36,065 nucleotides of DNA from Gammaproteobacteria bacterium (GTDB lineage Bacteria > Pseudomonadota > Gammaproteobacteria > Acidiferrobacterales > UBA6901), in assembly GCA_031416355.1 (NCBI GenBank), contig JANOTM010000101.1, forward strand, positions 1 through 36,065. The letters run 5' to 3'. Positions 1 to 14,552 of the stretch are shown piece after piece (within the stretch, counting starts at the first letter, position 1; each line of letters begins with the position of its first letter). The translations under genes and the position numbers were made by a program. The notes beneath the pieces are model-generated. The model was not told the origin of the DNA. It ran no database searches and worked only from the letters and a program-made list of their open reading frames with translations.

Positions 1-115
1 GCGTTTTGGCGGCGAGTATCTTGCGCCACATCTCATATCCGCCGGCGCCGGCATAGGTCGCGAGTGTCCACGGCCGGTCAAGGTGGCGGGTGTTAAAGCA
101 AACTTCGTTGGCCAT
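1..115 (-). CDS. nuoF: NADH-quinone oxidoreductase subunit F, N-terminal part (runs off the window)
   Basis: ATG at 115-113, 2 nt after the nuoE stop. Manual translation MANEVCFNTRHLDRPWTLATYAGAGGYEMWRKILAAKT resembles a NuoF N-terminus; nuo operon order agrees. Confidence 0.85.
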   Translation of the reverse strand, partial: MANEVCFNTRHLDRPWTLATYAGAGGYEMWRKILAAKT

Positions 116-117
116 GG

Positions 118-588
118 TTACTTCAGGCTCCCGAGAATTTCATCGATACGGTCCGGCGTTAGATTCTCGAAATAGTGTTTGTCGATCTGAAACATGGGGG
201 CGCCAGCACAGGCCGCCAGACACTCGACTTCTTTCAGGGTAAAATTTCCATCCGCCGTGGTTTCGCCCATGCGTATTCCCAGGCGGCTCTCCAGATGCTT
301 GACCACCTGGTCCGAACCGCACAGCATGCATGAGATATTGGTGCACACGGATATCTTGTGCCGCCCCACCGGCTTGCGATCATACATGGCATAAAACGAA
401 GCGACTTCGTATACTTCGATGGGACGCATCGCGAGTAATGTTGCTACATAATCCATGAGCGCTTCGCTCAGCCAGCCATGTTCTTCTTGCGCGATGCGCA
501 ACGCCGCCATGACCGCCGACGCCTGGCGGCTGGCCGGGTATTTGGCGATTTCTCGATCTATCATGGTCAGCGATTCTTTAGATAACAT
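118..588 (-). CDS. nuoE: NADH-quinone oxidoreductase subunit E
   Basis: 2Fe-2S motifs CTNISC and ECLAAC, plus EVASFY. Start set at MLSKESL (AGGA upstream); the ORF track start at 597 is an alternative. Confidence 0.96.
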   Translation of the reverse strand: MLSKESLTMIDREIAKYPASRQASAVMAALRIAQEEHGWLSEALMDYVATLLAMRPIEVYEVASFYAMYDRKPVGRHKISVCTNISCMLCGSDQVVKHLESRLGIRMGETTADGNFTLKEVECLAACAGAPMFQIDKHYFENLTPDRIDEILGSLK

Positions 589-608
589 CCATTCCATCCT
601 GCAAGCTT

Positions 609-672
609 GCTAAACATAGCGACATATATAATGCCGATTTGTAGGGTGGGCATCGCCCACCCTACATCTACT
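609..672. repeat. Collapsed copy of the GTAG-REP element family (perfect palindrome plus one terminal repeat)
   Basis: GTAGGGTGGGC-ATC-GCCCACCCTAC at 641-665, preceded by CTAAACATAGCGACATATATAATGCCG (610-636), which matches the ends of the copies at 4913-5061 and 21594-21731. Confidence 0.85.
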
Positions 673-686
673 GAATTCCATCTGCA

Positions 687-1940
687 CTAGCGATCGATTT
701 CGCCGAACACAATGTCCAGGCTGCCGATGACCGCCACCACATCGGCGATCATATGTCCGCGCACCATTTCGTCGAGCGCCGCCAGATGGGCGAAACCGGG
801 CGCGCGTATCTTGAGGCGATAAGGCTTGTTGGCGCCATCGGAAACTAAATAGACGCCGAACTCACCCTTGGGATGCTCGACCGCGGCGTACACCTCGCCC
901 GCCGGTATGCAAAAACCCTCGGTGAATAATTTAAAGTGATGGATGAGCGATTCCATGTCGTCTTTCATGGCGGCACGGTTCGGCGGCACCAGCTTGTGGT
1001 TGTCTATGATCACCGGCCCCGGATTGCGCCGCAGCCAGTCTATACACTGGCGCACGATGCGGTTGGACTGGCGCATTTCCTCTATCCGCACCAGGTAGCG
1101 ATCGTAGCAGTCGCCGTTGACGCCCACCGGTATGTCGAAGTCGAGGCGGTCATATACTTCGTAGGGCTGCTTCTTGCGTAGATCCCATTCCACGCCGGAA
1201 CCGCGCAGCATGGGACCGGTAAAGCCCAACTGCAATGCGCGTTCAGCGCTCACCACGCCTATGCCCACGGTGCGCTGTTTCCAGATGCGGTTGTCGGTCA
1301 ACAGGGTTTCATATTCGTCCACGTACACTGGGAAGCGCTCGGTGAAGTCCCAGATGAAATCCAGCAGTGAACCCTGGCGATTGGCATTGAGGCGCGCTAC
1401 GTCTTTTTCGCCGTGCCACTTGGAAGACTTGTACTGCGGCATGCTGTCGGGCAGATCGCGGTAGACACCGCCCACGCGGTAATAGGTGGCGTGCATGCGC
1501 GTGCCCGACACTGCCTCATAGCAGTCCATGAGGTCTTCGCGTTCGCGGAAGGCGTACAGAAACACCGTCATGGCGCCGATATCGAGGGCGTGCGCGCCGA
1601 GCCATAAAAGATGATTCAAGATACGCGTGATCTCATCGAACATGACGCGGATGTACTGGGCGCGCAGCGGCGGCGTCACCTCCAGCAACTTCTCCATGGC
1701 CAGCACGTAGCCGTGCTCGTTGCACATCATGGAGACGTAATCCAGCCGGTCCATATAACCGATGCTTTGGTTATAGGGCTTGCTCTCGGCGAGCTTCTCG
1801 GTGCCGCGGTGCAGCAGGCCGATATGCGGATCGGCGCGTTCGATCACCTCGCCGTCCAGCTCCAGCACCAGACGCAGCACGCCGTGGGCGGCCGGATGCT
1901 GCGGTCCGAAGTTCATGGTGTAGTTCTTGATCTCAGGCAC
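687..1940 (-). CDS. nuoD: NADH-quinone oxidoreductase subunit D
   Basis: [25 protein letters not shown] and C-terminal [12 protein letters not shown] start at 1940 (MPEIKNYT) gives 417 aa. Confidence 0.97.
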   Translation of the reverse strand: MPEIKNYTMNFGPQHPAAHGVLRLVLELDGEVIERADPHIGLLHRGTEKLAESKPYNQSIGYMDRLDYVSMMCNEHGYVLAMEKLLEVTPPLRAQYIRVMFDEITRILNHLLWLGAHALDIGAMTVFLYAFREREDLMDCYEAVSGTRMHATYYRVGGVYRDLPDSMPQYKSSKWHGEKDVARLNANRQGSLLDFIWDFTERFPVYVDEYETLLTDNRIWKQRTVGIGVVSAERALQLGFTGPMLRGSGVEWDLRKKQPYEVYDRLDFDIPVGVNGDCYDRYLVRIEEMRQSNRIVRQCIDWLRRNPGPVIIDNHKLVPPNRAAMKDDMESLIHHFKLFTEGFCIPAGEVYAAVEHPKGEFGVYLVSDGANKPYRLKIRAPGFAHLAALDEMVRGHMIADVVAVIGSLDIVFGEIDR

Positions 1941-1978
1941 GGGTCGCCGTCCTAGCGTGGCCACGATTCCACATTGGA

Positions 1979-2590
1979 TTACGGATTTCTGTCACCGTAG
2001 TCCTCCTCACGTATGACACGCGGCACCAATATGCGCGGCGTGATGGTGACCGGCTGATACACGACGCGCTGCTTGTCCGGATCGTAACGCATTTCCACGT
2101 GCCCGATGAGAGGGAAATCCTTGCGGAACGGGTGGCCGATAAATCCATAGTCCGTCAGGATACGGCGCATATCCGGGTGTCCCTCGAACACAATGCCGAA
2201 CAAATCGAAGGCCTCGCGCTCGAACCAGTTGGCCGCGGCCCAGATGTCCACCATCGAATCCATCAAGGGAAATTCATCGTCCAGAAAAACACGCAGGCGC
2301 AACCGCTGATTGCGCGTGACCGACAACAGATGATACACCACGGCGTAGCGCGGCCCGCGCGGCGGTGGGTGCGGCGATTCCTTGCCGTAGTCGAGATAAT
2401 CCACGCCGCATACATCGATCAGCTGTTCGAAGGCCAGGCGCCGGTCGTCGCGCAACTCCAGGCACACGCGGTGCGCGTCCGCACGCTGGACTTCGAACGC
2501 GAGTTCACCCAGCGCCTCGAGTGGAGGGCTGATGGCATCGCCGAATTTTTCCCTGGCATAGGTGGCCAGTGCCTGAAGTGCATCGGTCAT
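1979..2590 (-). CDS. nuoC: NADH-quinone oxidoreductase subunit C
   Basis: [41 protein letters not shown] signature. Start trimmed to MTDALQ because the longer ORF overlaps nuoB. Confidence 0.96.
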   Translation of the reverse strand: MTDALQALATYAREKFGDAISPPLEALGELAFEVQRADAHRVCLELRDDRRLAFEQLIDVCGVDYLDYGKESPHPPPRGPRYAVVYHLLSVTRNQRLRLRVFLDDEFPLMDSMVDIWAAANWFEREAFDLFGIVFEGHPDMRRILTDYGFIGHPFRKDFPLIGHVEMRYDPDKQRVVYQPVTITPRILVPRVIREEDYGDRNP

Positions 2591-2612
2591 GGGTGCGCTC
2601 GTGCTACCGGCC

Positions 2613-3092
2613 TTAACGGGCGATGGTGTTGGTGCGTTTAATCTTGTTTTGCAGCTGGATAATACCGTACAGCAGCGCCTCCGCGGTCGGCGGGCACCCG
2701 GGTACATAGATATCCACCGGAACGATGCGGTCGCAACCGCGCACCACCGCATACGAATAATGATAATAGCCACCGCCGTTGGCGCACGATCCCATGGAGA
2801 TCACCCAACGCGGCTCGGCCATTTGGTCGTACACCCGGCGCAAGGCCGGCGCCATCTTATTGACCAGGGTGCCGGCGACGATCATGACATCGGACTGACG
2901 CGGGCTGCCACGAAAGATCCCAGCGCCGAACCGATCCAGATCGTAACGCGCCGCGGCGGCGTGCATCATCTCCACCGCGCAACAGGCCAGACCAAAGCTC
3001 ATGGGCCAGAGCGACCCAGTATGCGCCCAATTGATGAGCTTATCAGCCGAGGTCGTGACCCAGCCCTTTTCCAGGACGCCTTCTATTCCCAT
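2613..3092 (-). CDS. nuoB: NADH-quinone oxidoreductase subunit B
   Basis: [27 protein letters not shown] and YVPGCPP. Start [10 protein letters not shown] overlaps the nuoA stop. Confidence 0.97.
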   Translation of the reverse strand: MGIEGVLEKGWVTTSADKLINWAHTGSLWPMSFGLACCAVEMMHAAAARYDLDRFGAGIFRGSPRQSDVMIVAGTLVNKMAPALRRVYDQMAEPRWVISMGSCANGGGYYHYSYAVVRGCDRIVPVDIYVPGCPPTAEALLYGIIQLQNKIKRTNTIAR

Positions 3093-3439
3093 TCCAGGGC
3101 CCCCTTTTTCCATTCGTATATAAAACCAACCACCAGTATGCCCAGAAACAGCATCATGGCGAGGAATCCGAACATACCGATCTCCTGCAGCACCACCGCC
3201 CAGGGAAACAGGAAGGCAATCTCGAGATCGAAAATAATAAACAGGATGGCGACCAGGTAATAGCGCACGTCGAACTTCATGCGCGTATCCTCGAACGCCT
3301 CGAAACCACATTCATAGGGAGACAGCTTCGCGGCATCGGGTCGGTGCGGCGCCAGGACGCGCCCCAATGCCATGGGTATCACGCCTATGGCTGTACCAAC
3401 AATGATGAAAATTAGTATGGGGAGATAATTATCCAGCAT
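3083..3439 (-). CDS. nuoA: NADH-quinone oxidoreductase subunit A
   Basis: 118 aa with three hydrophobic segments; [20 protein letters not shown] and [10 protein letters not shown]. Confidence 0.97.
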   Translation of the reverse strand: MLDNYLPILIFIIVGTAIGVIPMALGRVLAPHRPDAAKLSPYECGFEAFEDTRMKFDVRYYLVAILFIIFDLEIAFLFPWAVVLQEIGMFGFLAMMLFLGILVVGFIYEWKKGALEWE

Positions 3440-3495
3440 GCCCGCCCCGCTTTCCTGAGTTTTATAATTTTGCTATGCCAAACTGCTAGCACCCG

Positions 3496-3525
3496 AGTCT
3501 AGGCTTGGGGTCAGATGAAAGTCAA
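3496..3525 (-). promoter_or_regulatory. Putative sigma70 promoter of the nuo operon
   Basis: Minus strand TTGACT-N18-TAGACT, about 55 nt upstream of nuoA. Confidence 0.5.
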
Positions 3526-3660
3526 GTTTGAACTAGTGGGGAATAGCATTGAGTTTCATAGGCTTAGATAAGTTTTGGGTGACATAAAAAACACCTATCT
3601 ACAGCGGCGCGCGGGCGCTTTATTTTTCTATTGAATACTGAGGGCAAATGCAGAGAGTAA

Positions 3661-3745
3661 TGGTGCCGAAGGCGGGACTCGAACCCGCACGGGTTTCCCC
3701 ACTACCACCTCAAGGTAGCGTGTATACCAGTTTCACCACTTCGGC
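3661..3745 (-). tRNA. tRNA-Leu (anticodon GAG)
   Basis: 85-nt cloverleaf GCCGAAG...CTTCGGC-ACCA with anticodon arm CTACC-TTGAGGT-GGTAG, long variable arm, GGTTCGAGTCC T-arm and encoded CCA. Usual secG-tRNA-Leu-nuoA order. Confidence 0.97.
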
Positions 3746-3768
3746 AGGCTAAACGCCTAACTCTTTAC

Positions 3769-4101
3769 TTACTTGGGCACCTCGGGGGCACCGGTGGGCG
3801 AAGGGATGGGCACTACCGGTACCTGTTCCATGGGTGCCGGGACTTGCAGGGTCACGCTGTCTATTTTGGTAGCGTGGGCATACAACACCGTTAGCGACAA
3901 ACTGGTGACAAAAAACACCGTGGCAAACCCGGCGGTCAGGCGACTCAGAAACGTGGCCGACCCGCGGCTGCCGAACATCGACTGCGACGCGCCACTGCCA
4001 AAGGCCGCGCCCATATCCGCACCCTTGCCCTGCTGTACCAGGACCAGCCCGATAAGGCTTACGGCCGCGAGCATATGTACTACGAGCAGTAATTCTTTCA
4101 T
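3769..4101 (-). CDS. secG: Preprotein translocase subunit SecG
   Basis: LVLVQQGKGADMGAAFGSGASQSMFGS and FLSRLT; lies between tpiA and tRNA-Leu. Confidence 0.95.
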   Translation of the reverse strand: MKELLLVVHMLAAVSLIGLVLVQQGKGADMGAAFGSGASQSMFGSRGSATFLSRLTAGFATVFFVTSLSLTVLYAHATKIDSVTLQVPAPMEQVPVVPIPSPTGAPEVPK

Positions 4102-4137
4102 GTATTCAACCCCACACTGTCTTCACACTTGCCCCGG

Positions 4138-4890
4138 TCATGCCGCTGCCCGGCAGATGGCCAGGAAGTCCTCGGCATGCAACGACGCACCACCTATTAA
4201 ACCACCGTCTATATCCGCTTGACCAAAAAGCTCTTGCGCATTCGAGCCTTTCACACTGCCACCATAAAGAAGGCGCAATCCCTGGGCCACCTTGGCATCC
4301 TTGGCCGCGACCCGGCTGCGGATAAATTTGTGCACGTCTTGGGCCTGTTGCGGCGACGCGGTTTTGCCCGTGCCTATGGCCCACACCGGCTCATAGGCCA
4401 GTACTGCCTGCGCCAGGGAAGCAACGCCGCTAAGCGCCATCACCGCATCCAACTGCCGCGCCACCACCGCCTCGGTGGCATTGGCTTCGCGCTCTGCCAG
4501 GGTTTCACCGACACAAAGTATGGGAATCAAGCCCGCGCCCTGTGCCGCCTTAAACTTCTCCGCCACCAGACCATCGGTTTCGCCATACAGGGCGCGGCGC
4601 TCGGAGTGGCCTACTATGGCATAAGTACAACCGAAATCCTTCAACATCGGACCGGATACCTCGCCGGTATAAGCGCCGGAGGTCTGTGCACTCAGGTTCT
4701 GGCCACCCCAGCTCATGGGGCTGCCCTTCAGTTGGGCCGCAATCAAGGGAATCAGGATAAATGGGGGGCATACCACCACATCCACCTGTTTCAGCGTCGC
4801 CAACCCCTGGCTTATCCCTGCGAGCAGCTTCGCCGCCTCGGCCTGGCTGCCGTTCATTTTCCAGTTTCCCGCGACCATGGGTCGGCGCAT
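4138..4890 (-). CDS. tpiA: Triosephosphate isomerase
   Basis: [31 protein letters not shown] and GGLIGGASL. Confidence 0.98.
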   Translation of the reverse strand: MRRPMVAGNWKMNGSQAEAAKLLAGISQGLATLKQVDVVVCPPFILIPLIAAQLKGSPMSWGGQNLSAQTSGAYTGEVSGPMLKDFGCTYAIVGHSERRALYGETDGLVAEKFKAAQGAGLIPILCVGETLAEREANATEAVVARQLDAVMALSGVASLAQAVLAYEPVWAIGTGKTASPQQAQDVHKFIRSRVAAKDAKVAQGLRLLYGGSVKGSNAQELFGQADIDGGLIGGASLHAEDFLAICRAAA

Positions 4891-4912
4891 TTCTCTTCCC
4901 CTTGGGATTCAG

Positions 4913-5061
4913 TATTCTAAATATAGCGACATAACGCCTTTTGTAGGGTGGGCATTGCCCACCACACACGGCTGCGACCGACACAGCCTGGTGGGCAATG
5001 CCCACCCTACATCGACTACTGCGATAGCTATGCGGCATTATTTAAGGCGTTATGTTTAAAA
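4913..5061. repeat. Most complete copy of the REP doublet (REPIN/MITE-like), with outer inverted repeats
   Basis: Perfect 22-bp inverted arms GTAGGGTGGGCATTGCCCACCA (4943-4964) and TGGTGGGCAATGCCCACCCTAC (4989-5010). Outer inverted repeat ACATAACGCCTT (4929-4940) / AAGGCGTTATGT (5044-5055); ends TTCTAAATATAGCG...CGTTATGTTTAAAA. Confidence 0.9.
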
Positions 5062-5068
5062 CGCGCGA

Positions 5069-5097
5069 ATGTTACCGATCAGCGCTACGGAAAGCAA
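5069..5097 (-). promoter_or_regulatory. Putative sigma70 promoter of tpiA-secG
   Basis: Minus strand TTGCTT-N17-TAACAT with AT-rich sequence upstream. Confidence 0.55.
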
Positions 5098-5187
5098 TTT
5101 ATATAAAGTCTCTATGAGTCAGAGGTCCCGGACATTTCTATGCTGCCCAGAAAAGCGGCAGCCACCCTGCCACAGCTGATAGTAGTG

Positions 5188-6534
5188 CTAGGCCTCGGCC
5201 GCACGCCTGACGGTATCGGCCAGGGCCTGTCCCAAACGCTCGATGAGCAGGGCATCGCGTCCTTCCACCATGACCCGTACCACCGGTTCGGTGCCCGAGG
5301 CGCGCAGCACCACACGGCCGTTGGCGGCCAATTCTTTCTCCACCGCGCCTAAAGTAAGCATAACTTCTTTCGACGTCTTAATGTCGAAGCGCCGCGTCAT
5401 GCGCACATTAATCATGGTTTGCGGGTAGACCTGCATACCCGATTTGAGATCGGCCAAGGACTTGCCGGATTGCACCAGCACCGCCAATACTTCCAGGGCG
5501 GCGACGATACCGTCGCCGGTGGTGCTCTTATCAAGGCAGATAATGTGCCCGGAGGTTTCGCCGCCCAACTCCCAGCCATCTTGATGCAACATATTCATAA
5601 CATAACGATCACCCACCTGGGCGCGCTTGAAAGGAATATTGCTCGCCGCCAGGGCGTGCTCTAGACCGAGATTGGTCATGAGGGTACCCACAACTCCGCC
5701 GCGTAAACGTCCGGCAGCATGGCGCGACATGGCGGTCACGTATAGGATCTGGTCGCCGTCCACTACCTCGCCGCGACTATCCACCAAAATAACCCGGTCG
5801 CCATCACCATCTAGGGCAATGCCCACGTCTGCGCCCAATTCCAGCACGGTCTTCTGCAATAGCGCCGGATGGGTGGAACCGCAGTCCTTATTAATATTGA
5901 AACCATCCGGATCGTTGGCGATGGCGATGACTTCGGCCCCGAGTTCACTGAACACCAGGGGCGCCACGTGGTAGGCCGCGCCGTTGGCGCAATCCACGAC
6001 GATTTTGAGTCCTTCCAGGCTCAAGCGATGGGGAAAGGTACTCTTGCAGAATTCGATATAGCGCCCGCCGGCATCTTCGTAGCGTTTGGCCTTACCGAGC
6101 TTATCCGGCGCCACCGTGCACAACGGCTCGCCCATGGCGCGCTCTATGGCAAACTCCACTTCGTCCGGCAGCTTGCTGCCGTCACTGGAGAAAAATTTGA
6201 TGCCGTTGTCTTGAAATGGGTTGTGCGAGGCACTGATCACAATGCCGGCGCGGGCGCGGGCGGTGCGCGTAAGATAGGCGATGGCCGGTGTCGGCATAGG
6301 ACCGAGCAGGCGGATGTCCACGCCGGCGGCGGACAGCCCGGCCTCTAGGGCGGATTCCAGCAAATAACCCGACACGCGTGTGTCCTTACCTACTAGGATC
6401 TTGGCATGATCCGACGAACCTTGGCCTAAAACACGGCCGGCGGCCCAGCCCAGTTTCAATACAGTTTCCGGTGTAATAGGCTCTTCGCCGACACAGCCAC
6501 GTATGCCATCGGTACCAAAATAACGCTTGCTCAT
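5188..6534 (-). CDS. glmM: Phosphoglucosamine mutase
   Basis: [16 protein letters not shown] (catalytic Ser), DGDGDR and RASGTEP; folP-glmM synteny. Confidence 0.97.
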   Translation of the reverse strand: MSKRYFGTDGIRGCVGEEPITPETVLKLGWAAGRVLGQGSSDHAKILVGKDTRVSGYLLESALEAGLSAAGVDIRLLGPMPTPAIAYLTRTARARAGIVISASHNPFQDNGIKFFSSDGSKLPDEVEFAIERAMGEPLCTVAPDKLGKAKRYEDAGGRYIEFCKSTFPHRLSLEGLKIVVDCANGAAYHVAPLVFSELGAEVIAIANDPDGFNINKDCGSTHPALLQKTVLELGADVGIALDGDGDRVILVDSRGEVVDGDQILYVTAMSRHAAGRLRGGVVGTLMTNLGLEHALAASNIPFKRAQVGDRYVMNMLHQDGWELGGETSGHIICLDKSTTGDGIVAALEVLAVLVQSGKSLADLKSGMQVYPQTMINVRMTRRFDIKTSKEVMLTLGAVEKELAANGRVVLRASGTEPVVRVMVEGRDALLIERLGQALADTVRRAAEA

Positions 6535-6555
6535 GCTCTCTCCCGCAACTGCTGC

Positions 6556-7380
6556 CTATGAATTCTGAACGACCTCGACCATGCGGATGACATCGCGGGT
6601 TGCCTCGACATCGTGGGTACGTATGATGCTGGCGCCATTTTGCACTGCCATCGAGGCCAGCGCCAGACTGGCATATAGGCGCTGCTCCAGCGGCAGGCCC
6701 AGGGCCTTGCCTATCAGAGACTTGCGCGATAACCCCACCAGCAGCGGGGCACCCAGCGCGCGCAAGACGGCTAGATTGCGCAGCAAGACGCAATTATGCG
6801 CCAAGGTTTTACCAAAACCGAAGCCCGGGTCCACGATAATACTTTGCGTCGCCATGCCCGCGGCCACACAAGCCTGGATCCGGGCCGCGAGAAAGTCACG
6901 TACTTCGCCCACCACATCGGTATAGTGCGGCGCATCCTGCATACTGCGCGGCTCGCCGCGCATGTGCATGAGGCACACCGGCACACCCAGTTCGACTGCT
7001 GCTTGCAAGGCCCCGGGGGCGCGTAAGGCCATGACGTCGTTGATCAAGCCGGCACCGGCCCGCACCGCTGCGCGCATGACCTCGGGCTTGGAGGTATCGA
7101 TGGATACCGGAACGCTGAGCACGCCGCGCAAGGCCTCCATGACAGGCAACACGCGATCCAGTTCTTCCTGTGCCGACACCGGAGGTGCGCCGGGGCGGGT
7201 GGATTCCCCGCCCACATCGATAATATCCGCGCCCGCGGCGACCATGCGCAGAGCGTGGTCCACGGCCTTGGCGGGGGACAAAAAAACACCCCCGTCCGAA
7301 AAGGAATCGGGGGTGATATTCAGAATGCCCATAATGGCGACCCGTCCCAAGTCTAGTGGACGGCCGCCGCAGTCCAGCAT
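6556..7380 (-). CDS. folP: Dihydropteroate synthase
   Basis: MGILNITPDSFSDGG, GGESTRPG, DPGFGFGK and IRTHDV. Start trimmed to MLDCGG, just after the ftsH stop. Confidence 0.97.
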   Translation of the reverse strand: MLDCGGRPLDLGRVAIMGILNITPDSFSDGGVFLSPAKAVDHALRMVAAGADIIDVGGESTRPGAPPVSAQEELDRVLPVMEALRGVLSVPVSIDTSKPEVMRAAVRAGAGLINDVMALRAPGALQAAVELGVPVCLMHMRGEPRSMQDAPHYTDVVGEVRDFLAARIQACVAAGMATQSIIVDPGFGFGKTLAHNCVLLRNLAVLRALGAPLLVGLSRKSLIGKALGLPLEQRLYASLALASMAVQNGASIIRTHDVEATRDVIRMVEVVQNS

Positions 7381-7385
7381 GGGTG

Positions 7386-9320
<1,935 letters not shown>

Positions 9321-9436
9321 TCTATTACCTCTTCAGGCCGTGCCCGAGTTGACTACGCCGCCACTTCAGACTGCGGGTTGCTCGATTATATCCCATAATG
9401 CAATGTCTACCTGTACGATACAACCGCCGCATGACG

Positions 9437-10057
9437 CTATTTCTTATATCCCTTGCCCACTACGTATATCTCCGGACTCCGCGGGCGCGACGCCTTGGGC
9501 TTGCGCGAAATCACGCGCTCAAAATGCTGTTGCACATTTTTATAAAGCTCGCTAAACCCTTGTCCTTGAAAGGCCTTCATCAAAAAATCACCGCTGGGTT
9601 TTAGCTGCTGTAAAGCAAACTCCAAGGCCAATTCCGCTAGATAGATAACACGTGCCTGGTCCGATATCCCCACCCCACTGATATTGGGTGCCATATCCGA
9701 GATTACAAGGTCCACCGGACGACCGGCCAGGGTATGGACCATCTGATCCAGCGCTGGCGCTTCGGTGAAGTCCCCTTCGATAAACTCCACCCCGGCAATG
9801 GGAGCCATGGGCAGTATATCCAGGGCCACTACCCGCCCCCCAGCCCCAACGCGCTCCAGGGCATATTGGGACCAGCCGCCAGGGGCTGCGCCTAGATCGA
9901 CTACCGTCATACCTGGGCGCAGTAGGCGGTCGCGCTGATCGATTTCCTGCAATTTATAGATGGCACGAGAGCGGTAGCCCTCTTGTTGAGCACGTTTGAC
10001 GTAGACGTCGGCAAAATGCTCTGCCAGCCAAGCGCTGCTGCTCTTGCTACGGGCCAT
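9437..10057 (-). CDS. rlmE: 23S rRNA Um2552 methyltransferase RlmE (FtsJ)
   Basis: [27 protein letters not shown] and [13 protein letters not shown]. Confidence 0.97.
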   Translation of the reverse strand: MARSKSSSAWLAEHFADVYVKRAQQEGYRSRAIYKLQEIDQRDRLLRPGMTVVDLGAAPGGWSQYALERVGAGGRVVALDILPMAPIAGVEFIEGDFTEAPALDQMVHTLAGRPVDLVISDMAPNISGVGISDQARVIYLAELALEFALQQLKPSGDFLMKAFQGQGFSELYKNVQQHFERVISRKPKASRPRSPEIYVVGKGYKK

Positions 10058-10523
10058 GGGGGAAGACCTCGCGCTGCGCCGGCACCGCCACCAGGAGCAG
10101 GCCTAAAAGACTGTTAACGAGGAACAAGCTGCTGGAAATCCGGTGCAATAATGCAAATTTCCCATACTCCACGCTGTCTGGGGCAAACGCCGCTCCGGCC
10201 GCAGACTTAAGTGCCTGCATGCGCGGCGCCAAACCGAATTCCCCCACGGCAATCACGACCAGCATCGCCACTAATACCCACAAGCGCCAGTCACGCGCCC
10301 CTAAGACGCGCGTAAACCAGCGCATAAGCACCAGCAAACCGCCGCAAACCAAACCGACTAGACTTAAAATACTGAACAATCGGCCGGCAATATTGCCGGC
10401 CAGCATACGGTCGGCGACCGAAGAAAAAATGACCGGTGTCACGACGAAACCCGTGGTCCACATGCCGCCGACCCATAGTGTCAGCAAAATATGCTCTAGG
10501 GACCAGCGCAGATTCTTGGGCAT
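10047..10523 (-). CDS. Membrane protein of DUF4149 type
   Basis: Four hydrophobic segments; [14 protein letters not shown] and FALLHRISS; lies downstream of greA. Start trimmed to MPKNLRW because the ORF-track extension reads through the repeat. Confidence 0.75.
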   Translation of the reverse strand: MPKNLRWSLEHILLTLWVGGMWTTGFVVTPVIFSSVADRMLAGNIAGRLFSILSLVGLVCGGLLVLMRWFTRVLGARDWRLWVLVAMLVVIAVGEFGLAPRMQALKSAAGAAFAPDSVEYGKFALLHRISSSLFLVNSLLGLLLVAVPAQREVFPHGP

Positions 10524-10547
10524 AGAGGGGAAATCCTCGGTAGGCAG

Positions 10548-10726
10548 GCCGCTAAAGCACGCAGTAGCAAGTGTAGGGTGGGCACCGTCCACCAGCGTGC
10601 GCCGGCGGTCGCCGCGTGTGGTGGGTGGTGCTTCCAGCCCGAGGTGCAACAAAACCCGTTGCACCCGTTCGGCGGCACGAACACACGTTAAGTGTGTTCG
10701 TGAAAACTCCGCCTCACCCTACAAAA
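10548..10726. repeat. REP doublet copy whose right arm is interrupted by an 80-bp insert
   Basis: Left arm GTAGGGTGGGCACCGTCCACC at 10573-10593. Spacer is very similar to the 21645 copy (GGCGGTCGCCGCGTGTGGTGGG shared). Right arm is split into 10620-10632 and 10713-10722. Confidence 0.85.
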
Positions 10727-10745
10727 CTGTATCTTGCCCTTTATA

Positions 10746-11218
10746 TCAGACGTAACGCACATCCAGAATCTCGTAGTGACGTATGCCATCCGGCACCTTC
10801 ACCTCGACGCTGTCGCCCGCTTCCTTGCCTATGAGCGCGCGCGCGATGGGCGAGCCTACGGATATCTTGCCCACGGCGATGCCGGCCTCGTCATCACCCA
10901 CGATCTGGTAGGTGACCTGTTGTTGGCTGTCTTCGTCCAGAAGATCGAGGGTGGCGCTGAACACCACGCGGCCGTGGGCGCTCACCGTGTGCGGGTCGAT
11001 AATTTGGGCGCTGCCGAGCTTGAACTCTATATCCGCAATACGTCCCTCGGCAAACGACTGTTGCTCCTTGGCCGCATGGTATTCGGCGTTCTCCGACAGA
11101 TCGCCGTGGGCGCGCGCCTCGGCAATGGCCTGGATAATGCGTGGACGATCGATGGTCTTGAGGCGATGCAATTCCGCCCTTAGTTTTTCGGCGCCGGTTA
11201 CGGTCAATGGCACCTTGA

Positions 11219-11222
<4 letters not shown>
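10746..11222 (-). CDS. greA: Transcription elongation factor GreA
   Basis: [16 protein letters not shown] and [10 protein letters not shown]; ATGA overlap with carB. Confidence 0.97.
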
Positions 11223-14446
<3,224 letters not shown>

Positions 14447-14455
14447 ATAGAGTCA

Positions 14456-14552
14456 GATACAAGAGGAAAGAGAAAAGAGAAAAGAGAAAAGTAAAGACTT
14501 TCATGCTTGCACCTTATCGGTGTCTTGTAACTTTTCTCTTGTATCTTTTATC
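14456..14552. repeat. Two opposed arrays of degenerate heptamers (GAGAAAA-like)
   Basis: Plus strand 14456-14490: GATACAA GAGGAAA GAGAAAA GAGAAAA GAGAAAA. Minus strand 14552-14525: GATAAAA GATACAA GAGAAAA GTTACAA. 14455-14470 and 14531-14546 form a 15/16 inverted repeat. Confidence 0.85.

Noticed and set aside
3530-3660. AT-rich stretch after the tRNA-Leu 3' end as a possible integration scar
   Set aside because: I found no duplicated tRNA 3' end and no integrase; the tRNA-nuoA order is intact.
4550-5059. ORFs running through the repeat elements (4550-5038, 4715-5059, 21497-21700, and the N-terminal extension of 10047-10664)
   Set aside because: Shared peptides such as VGIAH and AHPT are translations of the REP arms, not protein homology.
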